Source: an uncultured virus (IMG/VR IMGVR_UViG_3300045125_000114) (lineage: Duplodnaviria; Heunggongvirae; Uroviricota; Caudoviricetes). Taken from it: DNA of 64,000 nt. The translations under genes and the position numbers were made by a program. The notes beneath the pieces were generated by a model that did no database searches, was not told the origin of the DNA, and saw only the letters and a program-made list of their open reading frames with translations. Location: IMG/VR virus record IMGVR_UViG_3300045125_000114. One strand, written 5' to 3'. This document shows, piece after piece, positions 56,082-64,000 of this stretch (its first letter is position 1; the number at the start of each line of letters is the position of its first letter).

Positions 56082-59000
56082 ATTTCGTCTCCTAGTTAAT
56101 TGTGCGGGCAGTCTCCGGTGGGATCACCACTTTTTTCTGCCCGTTACCAATTGACACTTCCATCCGGCGTTGCAGCAGAGGAAGATTTCGCCGGTCGGAC
56201 CCATTACAACATCGCCCACGCTGGTCGAACGTGGGCCGGGTTTGAAGATTGAACCTTTTCGTTTTCGGTCCACGAATTCTCAATGTGATTCGTAAGAGCG
56301 AACGCCTCGTCCGGCGTTTTGACGTAGGCTACGGCTACAAAATCGTAATCGTCGGGCCACGTTCGCTCTTGGGAGCCGAAACCGAACTGCGGCTCCTTGT
56401 CGCGATACACGAGGCAGCACACTCATTGTTTCTTCTCCGACTCTGGATCAACCAGCTTGTCGATTAGTTCATCGACGTTCAGGTTCGGGTCGGCGTCCAA
56501 CGGGTCTTCCATCAGAAGCACGCACTTCATCAACTGATTGCTGGCGATGCTGCGACACAGGTAAACCGCCAAAGCGCCGAGGCCGTAAAACATAGCCAAA
56601 ATCGGGTGGTTGTGCAGTAACCAGTGCCACGAACAAAAACAGATCGGCCCCGGTGTCGAGCAACTTGCAATACCACTTTTGTCCGACGAGAAGCCGAGTT
56701 CCCTTGGTCAGTTCCATCACCAGTCGATTGGAACTGACAGTCGATTCAGACTTGTCTCCGTCCCACGGGTCTTTTTTAGATTCTTCAATCAACCACCGTG
56801 CAATACAAAGAATGCCCGACACTAACAAAGACACAGTGCCCCGATCCACTGGAACCCGCCCAAAACAAGGTGCAAAAAAACAACCAACCGCTCAAGTAGC
56901 TCGGCAACGTGTCGTTTGCTTGGGCAAAAATCCCACCCCGAACAGTGCGGTCAAGCCGATCAAAACAAGGGCAATCAACGAGGTTCGAGTAGAGTTCTCA
57001 CCCTTGTTGACTAAAGACTGTTGGTAGGCGTCAATTCGGTCTTCATGTCCCTCGACAAACGGTTAGGTTTTGATTTGGTCGATCAAGTGTTTAGCCAACT
57101 TGAGACTTATTTTCGTCACGGTAATCACCGTAACTCGCTTCCGTATAACGAACGTCTTCGCCACGAAAGTAATTGCAACCAAATACTTCCTCGTTGTCGA
57201 TTCGCCAAACACGAATCGTCCAGCCCTTATATTCTCCACTGACGTAGTTCTCATTGGCGAGCGATCTTGGGCTTCTTGCGAAGTTCCAAATTGCCCACCT
57301 GATGGTCACGCCATCCTTTGACTTAATTTCGGTTATCTTCGGCTGCGGCTTTGCTTCCTCTTGCTCAGTCTCGTCGCCAGATTGACGAGCCTTTTCAGCG
57401 ATAATCCGCTTGATTCGGCTCAGTCATTGGCGTCGATGAAGCCGCCGTCTTCAAATTTGATGCCCATGCACCCCTCATTTTGCTGCGTGTGGTACGATCT
57501 TACCCCAAGAAAGTTACCCGTTAGCCGTCAAAGTTTTTGACCCAAGCCGCTTCGAGGGCGGATCGTAAGCCCGGTCCAGCACTCTCGCCCTGAACACCAT
57601 TCTGGAGTTCGTTCAAGTTGATTTGGTTGAAAAGTGGCCTCGTGAATGAAGCCGTTGAAAATCACGTCCGAGGTTGTCGCCGGGATTCATGCCAACCAAA
57701 ACTTCCCACCGGTCTTTGGCTTCACCCTCGACTTTTTCTGCCGCCATGAGTTCCGGCGTGCTTCTGGCCTTCCTGTTCGTCGTAAATTGTCAGTAGCGGG
57801 CTGTCGTCGCCCACGCGCCCCACCCGCTCTTTGATCTGAAACTCTTCCAGCAGGTAGTGCTTCTGACCTTTCAACGCAACGGCGTAATGCCTATTGCCCG
57901 CTTCCACAATTGCGAAGTGCGATTACCGTACTCCGGCGTTGTATTCACCACGTCGAGTGTTTCATACTTCATCTAACTCGCCCTTCGGGGAACAAGTGGC
58001 AGAGGCCACGGTCGAAATGTTCAATTTCGATACTAGACAGAGCTATGCTCTTGTTGTCGCCGTCGAGCAACCTCAAAGCGACACGCTGCTTAGGAGCGAC
58101 CTTCAATTCCAAAGTACGCACGTCGCTCTCGTTCCGCTGTGTCACTCCCTTGATCGCAACCGCCTTGCCGGTGCGGGCGACCTTGATTGCCTTGATGAAT
58201 TCTTCTTCGTCGTCAAGGTAAATGACGCCGACGGGCAACTCCGGGTTCGTCCAAAACACCAAGGTCATGGCCTTTTCCCCAAGTTGCACCCGGCGTCTTG
58301 GCGTGATGGTGCTGGCCGTCTTGAATCCGGTCGGTGCCGAGCCACAGACGACCAACACTTACGTTGTTGAACGCTCCGGTGAAAGTGACCGGGTTGATTG
58401 GTTGGTGTTTCATATTTTGATTAGGTTGCGGTTTTTGTCGTATGCCACCAGTTCGACATCAGGCATTGTGATCCCCACGCCTTGATACCACTCTTTCATC
58501 CGATTGACGGCTCAGATAAGCAATTTCCGGGCTGTCGAACTTTGGGTAGGTTCCGTCAAAGTTTTCATCAAGGGGGATTCCACGTCGCTGAAAGTAACCG
58601 TGTTTCCCAGTTCTGCACCCAACGGAGCAGATGGTATTCAATTTCGATATTGGCCTTGTTGCTTAAGCCTATGTCCAATATCCGAAGCCAGCCAATCAAT
58701 TAGCTGTTGGTCCGAATAAGGATGCTTGCCAATTTTGGGCGACAATATCCTGAAAGCGAATTGCTTCTTCTGGGTCGAAATCTTAAGCTGCTCCATTTGG
58801 CAACAAGTTCGGCCTGATCGACCCAAACCTAAGAACTTCACGATCATAGCCGAACTTGTTGACCAGTTCATGTGGCGGTATTGTCGATGAAAGTCTGAGT
58901 TCGGCTTCGACGCCGGAGGAATGGCCAACATCTTTACCAGTTTGTTCGAAAGCGGCACGGGCGGCTCACGCTCTTCTTCGTAGAACGGCGGCTGAACCGC

Positions 59001-60694
59001 CACTGCATTCGTGCTTTCAACCCGATCACGGGCACCGTTACTTTCTCTTTTTCCTTGTCCGTTACTTTCCCCGGTCAGGAGCCGAAGCTGTCGGGCGAGC
59101 CATTCACGGGACAGGTGCGACCGCTTCGACTTTTGCTTCTTCGAGGTTGGTGGCCTTCAATTCCTTGTCACGGAGAGCCGCGTGACTCATTGAGCCTTTG
59201 CCGCAGCTTGTCGGGGCGGCTGCGGAACACTGGTAATTTCCAGATCGCCGTTGTAGGGCCAGCAACCTTTTCTTTGGTGTGTTCGGAACGATCACCAAAG
59301 ACGAGCAAGGCACCCACGTTGCCTTCGCCCATAAGGGAAATTACACGGTTCCCACATTTTGCGGATTCCTCTTCGTCAATTAAACGGATAACACGTTGAC
59401 GCTTGTTGTCTCGCCCCACCCGGTGCCGACAGGTCCAGTCACAATACCCTTTGCGAACTTAAGAGCCTCGGCGGTGCGAGGCTCTGCCGAGTCAGGACCA
59501 CAACTGCAGTTCTTTCCAGCGTGACCGCTTCAGAACTTCAAAGAACTTCTTTCTGAGACGGGGTCAATTTTCTTTTTCCATTGTCCGACCTTTCGGCGGC
59601 TCTTTCCAACTGGCTGCCATAAACTTCGCCGTTGTAGCCCAAGTAGGCGATAGCCGTCTTTGCCGTACATCATGTTGGTCCAGACTGTGCCCGTCCGGTT
59701 CGGCGCTTTGGCGCCGAGCGTAAATCGGATAATCCATCACTCCATTTACGTCTTCCGGGCGGGTCGCCGAAAGGACTCCATGCGACTCCACCGGCGGTTC
59801 AGCGGATGGCCCCGGCGTGTCCTTTTTGCGCAAGCACGACCGAACGAAACGTAATGCTCCCGCTCGTTTGTACTCATGCGGGAGCATGAGGCTTCGGGCG
59901 AGTATCGGAAATTGATGCCGTCGATATTTTCATTTCAGCGTCACCATTTGAGAGTTTGTTGTTGTTTTGCCACTCGAACTCGAAAAGCCTTCAAGCTGTG
60001 ACGCTTCATATACTTTTTCAAATTGCCGACTAAATTCTTGTATTCGACGGCGAGTACAAATGGTTTCGCCGGTGCGATTGTCGCCTATAGAACCACTTGA
60101 AAATTCCATCGAACCAGTCACAACTTGCCGTCTACCTCAGCGTCACCACGGGACGTTCGATTTTGGCTTTGCCTTCAACTTTGAGGGCGAAAAAATTTCT
60201 TACCAGTGTGGACGTTGGCCCGGATGTGGGCTTCCCACGGCACTTCCTTGTTGGTCGTCCAGTAGTATTCCGTCACGTTCACGTCGTAAGACGAGGCTTT
60301 CTTCGTAGCCGGTGGCTTCGCTAACTGTGCGAAACTCAACAACAGCGAAGTGCCGGTCCTTCTGGAATGTTGGCGGCGTCTTCGGGTTTGGCTGCCAGTT
60401 TCATCAGTTCGCGTCTCCATCGTCTTTCCTCTTTGCGTGAAACTCACGCCAGTGTTCGCCGCACTCACGTCGGAGGCGGTCGATGCAGTCACGCAAAATT
60501 TGGGCGGCTATTTGCTTCTCTTTCTCTTTTACCGACGGCGAATTCGGCCCCCTGGCGCGACCCTTCTCGATAGCCGCACCACGCAAAACCGGCCGCAAGG
60601 GGAGCCGAGCAAGGCAACAACCGAATAGTCGCCTTGCAACGCATCGTCAGCGATCAACGCCATGCGCTGTGCGGCACGATTGTCTCCACGGATA

Positions 60695-60726
60695 TGAACC
60701 AGACGGGTTTGGTGCCGTCTGGTTCA
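60695..60726 (-). repeat. Outlying motif A copy
   Basis: TGAACCAGACGG-N8-CCGTCTGGTTCA, a 12-bp perfect stem. Confidence 0.8.
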
Positions 60727-60736
60727 AGATCCACTG

Positions 60737-62996
60737 CTAGTCCCGGAAAAAGAATCGGGAACTTGTCGCTTCAGGGTTGGCGGTGGTATCGGGTGCAGAT
60801 AAGCTGCCCGGCTTCCACTTCCTTTTCGGTTTCCAAACCGGCCGTCAGCAGAGCAGTGGGCGGCCCGCTGCCGTCGGGCTTGTTGCAGACCGACGTTGTC
60901 ACGCTTGAACCGCCCCGTCGCACACCGAGAGCATGTAGCTTGCAGAGGCGTCACGAACAGCCAGCGTGCGGGCCGGGGTAAGTCAGGCAGAGGCTGAGTG
61001 TTCTTCGCCTTCGCCTTCTCCCGGCTGTGGATCATGTCCACCTTGCTCTTGGCACGAGCCTTGGTTTGTTCGGCGTTTGCGCTGGCACCGACCTTCGCCT
61101 CAAGGTCGGCATTCGACCTGTTCGATCTTCAGCATCCGTGCCTCGAATTCGGCGATGGTTTCGCCCTGTTGGGTGTTAGCCACCGGCGGCATGACAACGT
61201 ATGCCTTCTCAACCGCCTTCTCGATGAGGGCGATCTTTTCGGACAACAGGTTGAGGAGCGTGCAGGGTGAGCGGGTGATCGTTCACCATGCGAATGATTT
61301 CAACCTTGTTGGCCGTCTGACCGATGCGGCACACACGGTCTTCCGCCTGAGCGTTCCAGCCCGGAACCCAATCGAGGTCAACGAACAGCGCGCTTCAAGC
61401 GTGGGTGAGGTCAACCCGACGCCACCAGCACGAATGGTGAGTCCGACACCCATCGAGGCGACCGGCTGGAAAGCATCAACAATTTGCTGACGCTTTTCGG
61501 CCGATGTTTCGCCGGTAATGACCGCCCACCCGGACGCCCCAAGAGAGCGTCGATGGGAGCAAGGTGAGCGGCTGAACACCACCAGCGGAACGTCTTGTTC
61601 CTCCACACTGTTCGACATAATCCAGCATCGTCGGGATGTTGGCCTTCGCCAACTTCGCCCGAATTTCGCTGAACTTCTCGAACGGCGGCAGGGAGTCTTC
61701 GACTTCCAACTGCGTGCCGATTTCGTCCCACATTTCGTCAAGTTGCTTCTTCAACTTGGCGTCAAGATCGCCGACCGTGAGGGCGGTGTAGGTCTTGCTC
61801 GGCAGGTTGGGAAGAACCTCGGTGCGACGACGACGGAGCATGACACGGCGAAGAAGTTCCGGCACAATGGCAGCCGGGTTGCCGTAGCTCGTGCCGAAGC
61901 CGTCGAAATCGGCACCGAACAACTCTTGGAACCGCTTGAACGGCGACTGGCCCTTGCCCGGCGTGAACACGTCGAAAGCCATGTCGAGACTGTCGAGAAC
62001 CCCGTACAGGTCTTCGGCTTGTTGTCGAACGGGTACCAGTCAGACCCCAACGAGCGCCCGTTGGCGGCGACACAGAGCGGGACAGTTCACGAACCTTGAC
62101 CGAACGCTCGGCCTTGTAGTTCTTGCACTTGTGCGCCCTCATCGAACACTACAACAACGCCGTTGGCTTCCGGGTGAGACGTGACCAGCTTCTCACGCCA
62201 AACCTTCAGGTCGGCCCAAGCCATCTTGGGCTTCTTGCCCTTGACCTTCTTGGTGGCACCACCGGCCAGTTGAACGACGTTCACCGGGGCCGGGTTCGGG
62301 ACCAGCCAATCGGGGAGAATGTCGTAGTTGGTGATAACCAACTCACCCGGCCTTCGGCATACGGAAGCTCGCCACGCCCTTCGAGGACGGTCACGGTCAT
62401 GTCGGAACGCCACTTGGCGGCTTCCGCACGCCAGTTGTACTTCAGACCGGCCGGAGCGACGATCAGCCCCTTGCCGTTTTCGGCAAAGAAACCAACGTCT
62501 GCACGGTCTTACCCAAACCCATGTCGTCGCCCAGAGCGCGTCTTACGCTTCGAGCCAGTTGACGCCATCGACTTGGAAATCGTACAGACCGGCGGCGAGA
62601 GCAGCGGTGGCCGATTCCGTCATTACAACTTCGAGCAGTTGCGGGGCAACTTCCAGCTTGAGCCGTTCGGCCACGTCCAAAAGGCGGCTGCGGTCGGCCT
62701 GTTCGGTCGAAATCCGCCGGCCCTTCGAGTCGGAATCGAACTTCGGCCACGGCGAGCCGCCCGGACGCGAGGGTCTTAATGAGGCAACGCTGTCGGCTTC
62801 GTAGCCCGGCAGGAGGATGAGACCGTCAGCAGTCAGGGACACGCCGGGCGGTGGTCCCGGTGGCCTTTGAGCGGGAACGCATTCCAGCACCACGTCTGCC
62901 ACTTGTTGTTGACTTTCGTGATGTAACCCGCACCGACGGCCACGACTTCTGCAGGCCGGGTTGGTGCAGGTGCCGCTGTACTTATTGGGAGAACAT
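60737..62996 (-). CDS. SNF2/SWI2-type (HARP-like) helicase, multiply frameshifted, end approximate
   Basis: LYDFQVDG, DDMGLGKT, ITNYDIL, FDE(A)H, GLTGTP, MLRR, ITGET..KRQ..VDAFQ, AGGVGL motifs across frames. Confidence 0.8.
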
Positions 62997-63023
62997 TGCT
63001 GCCTCTGGTGAGTTTGCCTTACC

Positions 63024-63060
63024 TGTAGACCAGACGGGTCGGGCAAACGCCGGTGCAACA
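63024..63060 (-). repeat. Outlying motif A copy (degenerate distal arm)
   Basis: TAGACCAGACGGG...CCGGTGCAACA about 30 nt upstream of the helicase start. Confidence 0.8.
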
Positions 63061-64000
63061 TCTTGTCGGATTTTCCAAACTCAATCCCACCAAACTCGTA
63101 CAAGAACCGGAATGTTTTCCGGGTCGGGCTGTTTGCCAAAGCGTTTCGCCAACGGAGCCGGAAATCATCACCCCCGGCTCTTTCACCCAAAGCCCCCACC
63201 GATTTCGGTGTTGACTTCGTTGGCGTCCTGATAAGGCGCGCTCCCCAAACTTCGTCGTCGGCGGCTGTCATGCCTAATTCATCGACTTCGAGTTTCGGGT
63301 CTTGCGAAGCTTTTGCAGTTCCGGCCAATTCTTCTTGTCGGTGAGGATCAGCAGGGTATCGGCATTGATGCAATCTTTCAGGTCACGAAGTTCAATAAGG
63401 TTTCCGCCGTAACGACAGAAACGGCCGAACATGAACGTGTCCCACAGATTCTCGTTCTTCTCCATCAAATCGGCTACGGTGTCTCCGTCCATGCTGTTGA
63501 AACTACCGAGACGTAGGCGTTCGAGTTGAATTTTCTGGTAAGGACTCATGACTACTCCAGTGCGGAATCGACATCAAAATCAAAACTGTTGCCAAATTTG
63601 GCTTGTTTCTTTTTTGAACCGTTACCATGCGGCGGATGGGAGCGACAGCGAGTTTAAGCTGTTGATCGGTGATGGTGCGGTGCGTGTTGTATTGCATGTT
63701 CCCGACAGTGAAAGCAGTTCAAATAACTTCTGACAGGAACGTTGCGGCGGGGACCAGTATGCCCACCCGTCAGATTGCTGGTTTACGGCCCGAACAAGGT
63801 ACAGTCAATAACCTGACGGCCTTGCGGACGTTGGGGCAGTCGTGACGGCTTCGAGCCATCATTTCGATTTCAGTGGCATTGTAAAACATAGCGATTTCCT
63901 AGTAGACAAGGAACACTACCACGTTTCGGGCCGGTTGTAAATCAACCCCACCAAACACGAACGAGAACGAGGTCGGGGGAACGGGCTGAAAGCCCATTGC

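Noticed and set aside
1034..62996. Widespread pseudogenes, programmed frameshifting or stop-codon recoding
   Set aside because: The breaks are frame changes scattered through many unrelated genes, including a tail fibre and helicase, which is typical of long-read indel errors; I saw no consistent in-frame TAG/TGA read-through pattern.

Overview
This window looks like a segment of a large T4-like/jumbo tailed phage genome, probably infecting Planctomycetes (TIGR02996-type domain; APVP-type secreted protein). Many genes are broken by single-base frameshifts, most likely long-read assembly indels, so several CDS ends are approximate. Nearly all genes are on the minus strand. From about 0.2 to 25.4 kb lies an array of roughly 55-60 short, mostly hypothetical genes and several small structured RNAs. 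It is punctuated by 35 copies of a 36-37 bp palindromic element (plus strand CA(T/A)AGACCAGACGGG-N5/6-CCCGTCTGGT(G/A)CAAC). Each copy typically sits just after one stop codon and about 20-40 nt before the next start. Two more copies bracket an SNF2-type helicase gene at 60.7-63.1 kb. A second motif (GGTACAAAWGYCTRAC, 14 copies plus 4 inverted partners) precedes most other genes of the array. Neighbouring elements share private variants, which suggests local duplication or homogenisation of gene cassettes. The array also holds a tRNA-Glu, a D-arm-less tRNA-Tyr-like RNA, two miniature G3:U70 alanine-tRNA-like RNAs and a RuvB-like ATPase at its head. At least eight of its proteins end in -AA. At about 26.4 kb the G+T strand skew flips next to iteron-like GAGCTATATC repeats (candidate origin or genome end). 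To the right are a methyltransferase, a DUF4419 protein, a repeat-rich tail fibre, a CAP protein, a metallophosphatase, a TIGR02996/capsid-fragment fusion, putative internal head proteins, homing endonucleases, a YqeY-like protein and an SNF2-like helicase. All family calls come from reading motifs by eye, not from database searches.
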